Of a stretch of DNA of 64,000 nucleotides, positions 30,160-39,907 are shown piece by piece. The position numbers and the translations under genes are program-made. Each line of letters starts with the position of its first letter. Position 1 is the first letter of the stretch. The notes under the pieces were generated by a model. The model was not told the origin of the DNA. It did not search any database and saw nothing but the letters and a program-made list of their open reading frames with translations. Location of the stretch: IMG/VR virus record IMGVR_UViG_3300020463_002162. One strand, given 5' to 3'. This DNA is from an uncultured virus (IMG/VR IMGVR_UViG_3300020463_002162) (Duplodnaviria; Heunggongvirae; Uroviricota; Caudoviricetes).

Positions 30160-31740
30160 ATGTCAAGATTAAAAGTAAAACAAATTAGTGACTTTAGTAC
30201 TGCTGTTCAGAACCTAATCGACAACGATGCGGATCAGAATGCTGGATTAATCGATGCTTTAGAAGCTTCTGTTGACTCTTTAGAAACTGCGACTGGTGGT
30301 GATACTACTACTATTACCAATTCTATCGACTCTTTAGAAACTCTAGTTGCTGCTGATGCTGGTGATGCTGATGCTTCTATTGACTCTTTAGAGGCTCTAG
30401 TTGCTGCTGATGCTGGTGACGCTGATGCTTCTATCGATTCTATTGAAACTGATGCTACTGCTTTAACTGCTTTAGTATCTAACCAAGGTGGTTCTATTGA
30501 TTCATTAGAGACATTAGTCGCTGCTGACGCTGGTGATGCTGATGCTTCTATCGATTCATTAGAAACTTTAGCTGCTGGTATTCAAACTGATGTTGATAAC
30601 AATGAAGCACACGCTGACGCGTCTGTTGATTCATTAGAAACTGCATTAGGTAATGAAATCTCAGCTACGAATACTGACGTAACTAACATTGGCGCATCTA
30701 TCGATTCATTAGAGTCTGCAACTGGTGGTGACACTACTGCACTTAACAACTCTATCGATTCATTAGAAACTGTTGATGCAGGGTTACAAAGTGCTATTGA
30801 TTCAGAAAATGCAAGAATTGATGCTATCTTAGCTGGTTCAGCTGGTGATTTAGATCAGTTTGCTGAAGTTGTTGCTTTCATCGAGTCTGTTGATACAGTA
30901 ACTGATGGAACAGTAACTACATTAGCCTCTAACACTGGTGCGTCTATCGACTCATTAGAAGTTTTAGTTGCTGCTGATGCTGGTGATGCTGATGCATCTA
31001 TCGATTCATTAGAAGGAGCTGACGGATTCCTAGGTAATTCTGTTGATTCATTAGAAACATTAATTGCCGCTGATGCTGGTGATGCCGATGCTTCAATTGA
31101 TTCATTAGAAACTTTAGCTGCTGGTATTCAAACTGATGTTGATAACAATGAAGCACACGCTGACGCTTCAATAGATTCTATTGAAACTGCTGCTACTGCT
31201 TTAACTGGTATAGTATCTAACCAAGGTGGTTCTATTGATTCATTAGAAACTTTAGTTGCTGCTGATGCTGGTGATGCCGATGCTTCAATTGATTCATTAG
31301 AAACTGCATTAGGTAATGAAATCTCTGCAACTAACACAGACGTAACTAACGCTGGTGCATCTATTGATTCATTAGAAACTTTAGTTGCTGCTGATGCTGG
31401 TGATGCTGACGCATCTATTGATTCATTAGAAGCTTTAGTTGCTGCTGACGCTGGTGATGCTGATGCATCTATCGACTCTTTAGAGGATATGGTAACGTAT
31501 TCTCATCGATTCGGTACTGTCTTAAATGGAACATCGTTCCAATTAGGCAGCGCACTAAAATTCGCCGCGCCTGATGATTTATTAGTATTCATTAACGGAC
31601 ACAACATTCACCCATTAACTGGTGTTGACGGTGATCCGACGCATGGTTACTCAACTTCTGACGGTCAAACATTTACTCTAACTAACATTGGTTATACAAT
31701 CGATGCTGAGGATGAAGTATATGTTATCGGTCACAGATAA
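30160..31740 (+). CDS. Acidic coiled-coil repeat fibre protein (SIDSLETLVAADAGDADA repeats)
   Basis: More than 20 S(I/V)DS(L/I)E units, mostly with 18-aa periodicity. Confidence 0.85.
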   Translation: MSRLKVKQISDFSTAVQNLIDNDADQNAGLIDALEASVDSLETATGGDTTTITNSIDSLETLVAADAGDADASIDSLEALVAADAGDADASIDSIETDATALTALVSNQGGSIDSLETLVAADAGDADASIDSLETLAAGIQTDVDNNEAHADASVDSLETALGNEISATNTDVTNIGASIDSLESATGGDTTALNNSIDSLETVDAGLQSAIDSENARIDAILAGSAGDLDQFAEVVAFIESVDTVTDGTVTTLASNTGASIDSLEVLVAADAGDADASIDSLEGADGFLGNSVDSLETLIAADAGDADASIDSLETLAAGIQTDVDNNEAHADASIDSIETAATALTGIVSNQGGSIDSLETLVAADAGDADASIDSLETALGNEISATNTDVTNAGASIDSLETLVAADAGDADASIDSLEALVAADAGDADASIDSLEDMVTYSHRFGTVLNGTSFQLGSALKFAAPDDLLVFINGHNIHPLTGVDGDPTHGYSTSDGQTFTLTNIGYTIDAEDEVYVIGHR

Positions 31741-31770
31741 TAGTCAAAGTTCTAATTTTTAGGAAAATTA

Positions 31771-31795
31771 AGGGTCCCCTCGGGGACCCTTTTTT
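31771..31795 (+). terminator. Intrinsic terminator
   Basis: AGGGTCCCC-TC-GGGGACCCT followed by a T-run. Confidence 0.85.
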
Positions 31796-31835
31796 ATTTA
31801 GATGATATATACAATACAAATTAAAACTTATATAC

Positions 31836-33071
31836 ATGCACATAGGTATTACCATAAGTTTGATGGGAGAGAATGAGTCTCTTTGGATTAATGGCATCAA
31901 ACTTAACGCTTTATTTCTATCTAAAACTCTTCAGAAAACTGGCCATAAAGTTACTATTCTAGATACAGGTAAGAATGTAAAGAAAATTACAAAAGATACA
32001 GTTCAATGGGATCTGAAAGAATTCCCTTGTGAAAAATACAATAAAGTTCAACATACTGTAGATTTAATGATTATGCTTGGTACTTCTTTCGATACTGACT
32101 CAATTAAACACTGGAAGTTAATGGGTCCAAATCGAAAAGTAATAAAATACCATTGTGGTAATAATTATGTAATCGACATGGAAAGATGTATCTTCCCAAA
32201 GAAAGGCCACAGGAATTCTGGTGCAGCAGCTTACCAAAGAGGATGTATGGATGAAGTTTGGTATGTACCTCAACAAGGACATCAAAACAGAGCTTATTAT
32301 TCTGTACTCTATGATTTACCTCTAGAAAAAGTAATTCCAGTACCATTTATATGGGACCCTTATTTCTTAGATATAGAGATTTCTAACTTTGAACGTATTA
32401 TTGAAAAGGTAGGTACTGAAGCTTATGGTATTCCAATCTATGTTCCAGGAAAGGATAAACAAAACTTAAAGTTCTGTGTATTTGAACCTAACCTAAATGT
32501 TGTTAAATTCAACATGTTACCTATGATGATTGTTGAACAGTGGAAAAGAGATGGTAACAAATTAGATAGTTTGAATTTAATGAGTTCGAAAGGTTTAATT
32601 ACTAATACTTACTGGAAGAGTATTATTACAACATTTGATTTAACTAAACCAGGAGATACAGATATTAAAACTTATGGTAGAAGTCCAGTTGCAGTTACAT
32701 TGGCTAAACATGCAGATGTAGTTGTTTCTCATCAATGGCATAACCCACTTAATTACGCTTACTTAGATACTCTTTATCTACAATATCCATTGATACATAA
32801 CGCGGATATGATTCAGGATGCAGGATATTACTATAAAGACTTTGATATTAAAGAAGGTTATGATAAACTAAAACATGCAATTGAAAAACACGATGATACC
32901 CTAGAAGAATATAATGAAAGATCTGAAGATGTATTATCTAGATATTGCGTTGACCACAATAGAGGTTTACTCAAAACCTATATTAAATTATTGAAAGATT
33001 TAATGTCAGGTGAAAGAACTAGTAGTCTAAGTTATGATTACGACTGGAAAACTAATTTATATAAGAAATGA
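31836..33071 (+). CDS. DUF2827-family protein, putative glycosyltransferase
   Basis: IGITI..SLWINGI..N, CGNNYV, PFIWDP, VFEPNLNVVK, VVSHQW.N.LNY.YLD...YPLIHN. Confidence 0.75.
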   Translation: MHIGITISLMGENESLWINGIKLNALFLSKTLQKTGHKVTILDTGKNVKKITKDTVQWDLKEFPCEKYNKVQHTVDLMIMLGTSFDTDSIKHWKLMGPNRKVIKYHCGNNYVIDMERCIFPKKGHRNSGAAAYQRGCMDEVWYVPQQGHQNRAYYSVLYDLPLEKVIPVPFIWDPYFLDIEISNFERIIEKVGTEAYGIPIYVPGKDKQNLKFCVFEPNLNVVKFNMLPMMIVEQWKRDGNKLDSLNLMSSKGLITNTYWKSIITTFDLTKPGDTDIKTYGRSPVAVTLAKHADVVVSHQWHNPLNYAYLDTLYLQYPLIHNADMIQDAGYYYKDFDIKEGYDKLKHAIEKHDDTLEEYNERSEDVLSRYCVDHNRGLLKTYIKLLKDLMSGERTSSLSYDYDWKTNLYKK

Positions 33072-33799
33072 ACGAAGAAATAAAAGATGTAACATTTTGT
33101 TTAACAAGTTGTGGTAGAATGGATGAGCTTGAGAAAACAGTTGATAGTTTTATTAAGTACAATGATTATCCAATTAAAAACTGGTTTATTGTTGAAGATT
33201 CAGGAGATTCAAAACAACATGATATTCTAAAAAAGTTAAATGCTGAAAAATGGGATGGTAGATTTATGTTGTTTTTAAATAATGAAAACATAGGCCAGAA
33301 TGCTTCCATAGATAAAATGTACAAAAATGTTAGTACAGAATACATATTTCATTGCGAAGAAGATTGGGAATTCTATAGAGGTGGCTTTATAGAAGATTCT
33401 ATGAAAGTATTAAAAACTCAACCTAAAGTTTTACAAGTATGGATTAGACCTAAGTCAGATAAAATACTTAATCCTATTGAAAAGAGACAATTTACTTTAC
33501 CTGGCGGTGTAGTTGTTAGAAGAGTTTTACCTGTAAGCTTTAAGATAAAAACAGGAATAGTAAAAAATTACATGGGCTTTAGTTGGAACCCTGGTTTGAG
33601 AAGAAAATCAGATTGGTTATTAGACCCTATATCCGGTAATTACACAAGATGTTTACATGAACATGTAATTGATGCTGTTTACAGTAGATTAGGTTATATG
33701 GTAGTTTCTCTATCTAAAGATGATGAGGACGGATATGTTAAACACATTGGCTGGAAGAACAGAAAAATGGGTAAAACCGAAGCGACAAAAAATTTGTAA
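33068..33799 (+). CDS. GT2-like glycosyltransferase
   Basis: LTSCGR, IVEDSG, YIFHCEEDW, FSWNPGLRR, HIG. Confidence 0.8.
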   Translation: MNEEIKDVTFCLTSCGRMDELEKTVDSFIKYNDYPIKNWFIVEDSGDSKQHDILKKLNAEKWDGRFMLFLNNENIGQNASIDKMYKNVSTEYIFHCEEDWEFYRGGFIEDSMKVLKTQPKVLQVWIRPKSDKILNPIEKRQFTLPGGVVVRRVLPVSFKIKTGIVKNYMGFSWNPGLRRKSDWLLDPISGNYTRCLHEHVIDAVYSRLGYMVVSLSKDDEDGYVKHIGWKNRKMGKTEATKNL

Positions 33800-33802
33800 A
33801 TT

Positions 33803-34591
33803 ATGTATAAATATGATATTACTTGGATTATGCAATCTTACCTTGGTGAGTATGAAGGTAGTAGAGCTAATTCAGATAAAAAGTTTATTAGAGCTGTAAA
33901 ATCATTCTTAGCAATTCCAGATGAAAGAACTCAATTGGTAATCGCATCGGATGGTTGTGAGATAACTCATAAACTCTACTATAAACATTTTAAGAAAGAA
34001 CCAAGGATAGAGTACGTCTATGTTGACAAGAACACACCTAAGATGTACGAAAAATCTAAGGATGGTAGTAATAACCAGTATTATAGAGGGCTGCCCAGAC
34101 AAGCTGCACGCGCGTTAGCAGAGGGATATTTAACAGCCTATATAGACTCGGATGATTACTTAATGTCAAATGCTTCTCAAATCATAAAAAGATTTTGGAA
34201 TTCTATTTGCAAGGCTAACCCAGATGTAGACTATAAATGGGGAGCAATGACACATTGGATTGAGAATGAAGCAATGGCAAAATGGTTAGAAAATAATGAA
34301 AGTCAAATGTTTGGACCAAGAACAGAACCTTTTAAGATAGAAGGTTTAAAGAGTAAATGGCAGAAGTATTCTATGGATGAGCCTACTAAACATGTACAAT
34401 CAACTACATGGGCAACAGTACATAGATCAGACTGTATTACAAGATGGAAAGATCATATATCAGATCCTAAGAATGGCGGAATTTCTGAAGACACTTTATT
34501 TGCAAGAGGTGTCAGAAAGGAAGGTCAAGGGATGTTAATTGACGATGGCTTTTATGTTCGATGTCATTATCATGGAATTTGGGATATTTAA
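33803..34591 (+). CDS. GT2-like glycosyltransferase
   Basis: RAVKSF, IASDGC, AYIDSDDY, SED. Confidence 0.8.
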   Translation: MYKYDITWIMQSYLGEYEGSRANSDKKFIRAVKSFLAIPDERTQLVIASDGCEITHKLYYKHFKKEPRIEYVYVDKNTPKMYEKSKDGSNNQYYRGLPRQAARALAEGYLTAYIDSDDYLMSNASQIIKRFWNSICKANPDVDYKWGAMTHWIENEAMAKWLENNESQMFGPRTEPFKIEGLKSKWQKYSMDEPTKHVQSTTWATVHRSDCITRWKDHISDPKNGGISEDTLFARGVRKEGQGMLIDDGFYVRCHYHGIWDI

Positions 34592-34667
34592 ACTACCCAA
34601 ATCTAACTTGGTGCGACATCGCCGAAGATATATAATATAACGCGTAAAAAAATACAAACAGTATTAA

Positions 34668-37600
34668 ATGTCTAGACTAAAATTAAAACAAATACAGGAT
34701 TTTTTACTAAATAATCCTCAACAGGGTGATTATTTAGAATATAATGCCTCAACCGGCAAGTTCGAAAATGCCTCTGCTCCACTTTCTGGAACATCAGGTT
34801 CTTCCGGTTCAAGTGGTTCTTCCGGAACTTCAGGAAGTTCAGGCTCTTCCGGTTCATCTGGTACATCTGGTGAAGATGGTGCAGCTGGTGCCGATGGAAC
34901 AAGCGGCTCAAGCGGCTCTTCTGGTAGCTCAGGAACATCTGGTAGCTCAGGAACTTCAGGTTCTTCAGGCTCTTCAGGTTCAAGCGGAACATCTGGTTCA
35001 AGTGGCTCAAGTGGAACATCAGGCTCAAGTGGCTCAAGTGGTTCTTCAGGTACATCTGGTGAAGATGGTGCAGCTGGTGGAGATGGTGCTGCAGGTACTC
35101 CAGGTACTTCAGGTTCATCTGGCTCGAGCGGTTCTTCAGGAACTTCTGGTTCTTCAGGTACATCTGGTGAAGATGGTGCAGCCGGTGGAGATGGTGCTGC
35201 AGGTGCAGATGGTACTTCAGGTTCATCTGGTTCATCTGGTAGCTCAGGAACATCAGGTTCATCTGGTTCATCTGGTAGCTCAGGAACATCAGGCTCTTCA
35301 GGTACTTCAGGTGAAAACGGTGCAGATGGAACATCTGGTTCATCAGGTTCTTCAGGTTCAAGTGGAACATCAGGCTCAAGCGGATCAAGCGGATCTTCAG
35401 GCTCAAGTGGTTCTTCAGGTAGAACAGGTATTGTAGTATTTGGTACTAATGACGATGCTAGTTTCCCAGCTGGTGAATTTAACGGTCAAAAAGGTATTGA
35501 TAATCAAGGTAGAATTTACAAGTGGACAGGTTCTGAATGGGAGTTAGACATAAACTTAAACGGTACATCTGGTTCTTCAGGTTCTAGCGGTTCATCTGGT
35601 TCTTCAGGTACATCTGGTTCTTCAGGTTCAAGTGGTTCAAGTGGAACATCAGGTTCATCTGGTTCTTCAGGCTCAAGCGGAACATCTGGTTCTTCTGGTT
35701 CATCTGGTAGTTCAGGTTCGTCTGGTAGTTCAGGTTCATCTGGAACTTCAGGTTCTTCAGGTTTTGGTGGTGCAAAATCAGGTACAGCTGTTGAACAATT
35801 AGGCAGTGGTGAATTTAATGGTCAATTAGGTTACACTGCAGACGGTAAAATACATCAATGGAATGGTACAGATTGGGAAGAGGTAAGAGATTTAGATGGT
35901 TCATCTGGCTCAAGTGGTTCTTCAGGTTCATCTGGAACTTCAGGTTCTTCAGGTTCATCTGGTTCTTCAGGTACATCTGGTTCTTCAGGCTCAAGTGGCT
36001 CAAGTGGAACATCAGGTTCATCTGGTACATCTGGTAATGATGGTAATGATGGTGCTGATGGAACTAGTGGTTCTTCAGGTTCAAGTGGTTCTTCAGGTTC
36101 AAGTGGAACAAGCGGTTCTTCTGGTTCTTCAGGTTCATCTGGCTCAAGTGGAACATCTGGTTCATCTGGTTCTTCAGGTACATCAGGTCAAGACGGTAAC
36201 TTTGGTGGTGCATCATTCGATTATACTGCAGCATCTGCTACAGGTAATTCACAACCAGCTACTGGTAGATTAAGATGGAATAACTTTTCAGCACAGAATG
36301 AAGCAACTGCAATTTATATAAATCAAACTGACGATGACGGTGGTAGCATAGAGTCATTCTTTACAGCTTTAGATGCAGTAACATCTGGTATTAAGGCACA
36401 TATTAGAATATCTAAAAAATTCAATAGCGACGAATACTTATTATTTGCAATCGGTGAATTAACAGATAATGGTGCATGGTGGACATTAAGTGATTTATCA
36501 AATGCAGGTTATTCATCAGCAGCTCCATTTGCAAACGGAGATGATATTGTAATATCATTAGTTGCGACTGGTGATAAAGGTGACGCTGGTACATCTGGTT
36601 CTTCAGGTTCTTCAGGTTCATCTGGTTCAAGCGGAACTTCAGGTTCAAGTGGTTCTTCTGGATCTTCGGGTTCAAGCGGAACATCTGGTTCTTCTGGTAC
36701 ATCTGGTGAAGATGGTGCAGCTGGTGGCGACGGAACATCTGGTTCTTCAGGTTCTTCTGGTTCAAGTGGTTCATCCGGAACTTCAGGCTCAAGCGGAACA
36801 TCTGGTTCTTCTGGTTCAAGTGGTTCTTCAGGTTCATCTGGAACTTCAGGTTCTTCAGGTTCTTCAGGTTCATCTGGCTCAAGCGGTTCATCCGGTACTT
36901 CAGGTTCATCTGGTTTCTCAGGTGCTAAACAAGGAGCTGAAGTAGAAGCTTTAGGTGAGGGTGAATATACAGGTCAAACTGGTTTCACTGAGGGAGGACT
37001 AATGTACAGATGGAGTGGTACTGAATGGGAACTAGTACAAAACTTAAATGGTACTTCAGGTTCAAGTGGATCGAGTGGTTCATCTGGTTCTTCAGGAACT
37101 TCAGGTTCAAGTGGATCGAGTGGTTCTTCAGGAACTTCAGGTTCATCTGGTTCAAGTGGTTCTTCAGGTTCATCTGGAACTTCAGGTTCTTCAGGAACTT
37201 CAGGTTCTTCAGGTACATCGGGTGTCGATGGTTCTGATGGTGTAGGCTCTGATGGTGAAGACGGTACGTCTGGTTCTTCAGGTTCTTCAGGAACTTCAGG
37301 TTCGTCTGGTTCAAGTGGTTCGTCTGGTTCTTCAGGAACTTCAGGTTCAAGTGGTTCGTCTGGTTCTTCCGGAACTTCAGGTTCAAGTGGTTCGTCTGGT
37401 TCTTCAGGAACTTCAGGTTCTTCAGGTTCAAGTGGATCGAGTGGTTCTTCAGGAACTTCTGGTTCTTCAGGTACTTCTGGTACTGACGCAGTGGTTTCAA
37501 TTGCCGCAGGTAACACCAACAACAGAGTTGTTACTATGACAGGTAATACACCCACACCATTTACCGGGGAAGCAAACATGACGTTCAATGATTCTACTAG

Positions 37601-37703
37601 TATTCTTACTGTTTCAACTGGACACATCGTTACTACTAAATATGTCTTTAACAGTGGAGGTGAAATAACATCGGACGGTAGTACAATGAGGTTCCAATTT
37701 TAA
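34668..37703 (+). CDS. Gly-Ser-Ser/Gly-Thr-Ser repeat fibre protein
   Basis: Long GSS/GTS tracts interrupted by three GE(F/Y)xGQ.G...W.G..WE modules. Confidence 0.9.
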   Translation: MSRLKLKQIQDFLLNNPQQGDYLEYNASTGKFENASAPLSGTSGSSGSSGSSGTSGSSGSSGSSGTSGEDGAAGADGTSGSSGSSGSSGTSGSSGTSGSSGSSGSSGTSGSSGSSGTSGSSGSSGSSGTSGEDGAAGGDGAAGTPGTSGSSGSSGSSGTSGSSGTSGEDGAAGGDGAAGADGTSGSSGSSGSSGTSGSSGSSGSSGTSGSSGTSGENGADGTSGSSGSSGSSGTSGSSGSSGSSGSSGSSGRTGIVVFGTNDDASFPAGEFNGQKGIDNQGRIYKWTGSEWELDINLNGTSGSSGSSGSSGSSGTSGSSGSSGSSGTSGSSGSSGSSGTSGSSGSSGSSGSSGSSGSSGTSGSSGFGGAKSGTAVEQLGSGEFNGQLGYTADGKIHQWNGTDWEEVRDLDGSSGSSGSSGSSGTSGSSGSSGSSGTSGSSGSSGSSGTSGSSGTSGNDGNDGADGTSGSSGSSGSSGSSGTSGSSGSSGSSGSSGTSGSSGSSGTSGQDGNFGGASFDYTAASATGNSQPATGRLRWNNFSAQNEATAIYINQTDDDGGSIESFFTALDAVTSGIKAHIRISKKFNSDEYLLFAIGELTDNGAWWTLSDLSNAGYSSAAPFANGDDIVISLVATGDKGDAGTSGSSGSSGSSGSSGTSGSSGSSGSSGSSGTSGSSGTSGEDGAAGGDGTSGSSGSSGSSGSSGTSGSSGTSGSSGSSGSSGSSGTSGSSGSSGSSGSSGSSGTSGSSGFSGAKQGAEVEALGEGEYTGQTGFTEGGLMYRWSGTEWELVQNLNGTSGSSGSSGSSGSSGTSGSSGSSGSSGTSGSSGSSGSSGSSGTSGSSGTSGSSGTSGVDGSDGVGSDGEDGTSGSSGSSGTSGSSGSSGSSGSSGTSGSSGSSGSSGTSGSSGSSGSSGTSGSSGSSGSSGSSGTSGSSGTSGTDAVVSIAAGNTNNRVVTMTGNTPTPFTGEANMTFNDSTSILTVSTGHIVTTKYVFNSGGEITSDGSTMRFQF

Positions 37704-37723
37704 TTAACAGTAAAGAATAAGAG

Positions 37724-39859
37724 ATGAGTTTAGACTTAACAAAATATAGGAAAGCAACACACGACCACATCGGAGTTGCGGGTAGTTATACAGATACTTT
37801 TATAGAAGCACAAGGAGCTAGCAGCACAAGCGCTAGTTCTGATGCTTTTGTAAGATGGGTACCTAATAACAAGAGTGGTTCTGGTTACTTGTCAGGTACG
37901 GTTGCAACCAACCTATCTGCTAGTGGGTATTTACAGTACAATTGTACTAGTAATGGTTATCATGCTCTCTATTTTAGATACTATGATGATACTAATACAT
38001 ATAACAATAGTAATACTGCCCCTGGTATTAGACTAACATCAGCAACTCTTTATGAGAATAATGATACTGGTTATACAGGTCTTGGTGAACAAATAGATGC
38101 TTTTCTAAACCAATCTGGATATGCAGAAGGTTTCTTAGTAATTGTCAATAAAAATAGAATTGCTAGTAACGGTACTTTAAATAATGCAATGTTATTAGCA
38201 AGATCTTGGAGACATGAAGTTTCTATAGGTACAAGTTCAACACTAAAAGCTTTTAGTTATGCAACTTGTATCACTAATATAGCTTCTTCTAGTGCAGGTG
38301 CGCCTTTTAGCAATGGTGCTGCACCAGCTGTAAATGGACTAGGTATAATATCTGAGTCTTTAGCTGGTACTGGAAGTGGTCATGTTAACGGAGCAATCGA
38401 ATTATGTATCGAACATGATAAAGATAAAATTGGACATGCTGGTTATGGAAAAGATTTAGCATCCGGTTTTGGTAAAGGTAGTAATTACCTAGGAATTACA
38501 ACAGCAAGTCAGCAAAGACAGGTAACTATAAACTACGCTAATCCTAATTATCAATCTGTATCAAAAGAAGAATATGTTAGAGCTACATTTGAAGCTAGAG
38601 TAGGACAAGGTGCACTTACCGGCGGTGGTTCAGTACAAGTACAATTACAAGAAGAGTCTGCTAGTGGAAGCGCAATAACATCTACAAATGTCGGTGATTT
38701 AGAATACTCATGTGATATATTTAATAAGTATGAGGTAAGACTTAAAAAGTCAACTCAAACAAACGGTAGTACTCCATATATTAATATCAATCTAAATGTA
38801 AACACAGGTTCTGGTAATATAGGTTTTCAGAAAGTAGACGTTAAGAATTTAGAAGTCTTTAAATGTGGTTTTGGTCCAGATAATCAAAGAGATGTTGCCG
38901 TACATAAATGGCATGTAAACGCATTAGATATAGAGGAGTCTCCTGCTGATTTTAAATTAGGAAGTATAGAAAAGTTTAAAGGTTTCTATGATACTAATAG
39001 AAATCTAGCAGATCAAACTCAAACATATACCACATATACTGATTTAACAGGTGGTGGAAGCTCACTTAGAAATAGACAGTATCATAATAGTTCTTCTGAA
39101 GCTTTAGGTACACAAGGTTCATACAATTTCCCAAGAATAGGACCTTATTCATTCACTTCAACTTCAAGTAGTAATGAAGATTTCTTTGTACATGAAGCTC
39201 CTAGTCCAACTAGTAATATAACAAAAATTTGGGAAATAGGTGCTGGAGGCCCGACAACAAGTTTAACAGGTACTTCAATAAATCATGAGAAATTATATAT
39301 GGCTGGTGTTTGGATGAGAGTGAGAAGAAATAGTCCAACCGGTCAAGGTCAAGCTCCAAATAGAATTAGCTTAACAGCTGTAGGTTTAAATAGTTCTGGT
39401 AATGCTATTCAAATGTCATCAAATACAAGTGCATCACCTTCTGGTAATCACATGTTACAATCAATTGGTTTGAATAGTTATCCTAATCTAACAACAGATA
39501 GACAAGAGTGGAAATTATTAAATGGTTTCTTCTTACCTTCTTGGATGACAACTTCAGAAAGAGCTACATGGAAGACTGACTATTGGGGTAAATGGGCTGG
39601 ACAATTTGAACATGGTGAAGGTTCAGATCCTGATAAATGTATGACTGGAATTACCGGCTATGGTATTAATACTGCTGGAGCAGGTTATGTAGCAGGTATG
39701 AATTCTAGTGTTGTTAAGATAGCACCTAGAATAATAATAGAACAATATAATAGTACGGATCTGTGGGTGGAATTTACATATCCATTTATAGTAGAGATAG
39801 ATCCGGCTAATTTTAATGATGAAGGACAAGCATTCTTTTGGGATGTTGGTGAGGCATAG
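37724..39859 (+). CDS. Virion/fibre-associated protein with a C-terminal jelly-roll-like domain
   Basis: Ser/Thr/Gly/Asn-rich; INHEKLYMAGVWMR resembles VDHTKKYRISVWMK in 42172. Confidence 0.65.
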   Translation: MSLDLTKYRKATHDHIGVAGSYTDTFIEAQGASSTSASSDAFVRWVPNNKSGSGYLSGTVATNLSASGYLQYNCTSNGYHALYFRYYDDTNTYNNSNTAPGIRLTSATLYENNDTGYTGLGEQIDAFLNQSGYAEGFLVIVNKNRIASNGTLNNAMLLARSWRHEVSIGTSSTLKAFSYATCITNIASSSAGAPFSNGAAPAVNGLGIISESLAGTGSGHVNGAIELCIEHDKDKIGHAGYGKDLASGFGKGSNYLGITTASQQRQVTINYANPNYQSVSKEEYVRATFEARVGQGALTGGGSVQVQLQEESASGSAITSTNVGDLEYSCDIFNKYEVRLKKSTQTNGSTPYININLNVNTGSGNIGFQKVDVKNLEVFKCGFGPDNQRDVAVHKWHVNALDIEESPADFKLGSIEKFKGFYDTNRNLADQTQTYTTYTDLTGGGSSLRNRQYHNSSSEALGTQGSYNFPRIGPYSFTSTSSSNEDFFVHEAPSPTSNITKIWEIGAGGPTTSLTGTSINHEKLYMAGVWMRVRRNSPTGQGQAPNRISLTAVGLNSSGNAIQMSSNTSASPSGNHMLQSIGLNSYPNLTTDRQEWKLLNGFFLPSWMTTSERATWKTDYWGKWAGQFEHGEGSDPDKCMTGITGYGINTAGAGYVAGMNSSVVKIAPRIIIEQYNSTDLWVEFTYPFIVEIDPANFNDEGQAFFWDVGEA

Positions 39860-39907
39860 TAAAAGAAATTGAATATATACAATAAGATAAAAACAGAAAA
39901 CTAAAGA

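Noticed and set aside
30300..31500. Regular ~54-bp repeats resembling a CRISPR array
   Set aside because: In-frame coding repeats with synonymous variation, no unique spacers and no cas genes
34668..37703. Ice-nucleation protein or diversity-generating retroelement target
   Set aside because: No InaZ-type AGYGST repeat, no reverse transcriptase and no adenine-specific TR/VR pair visible
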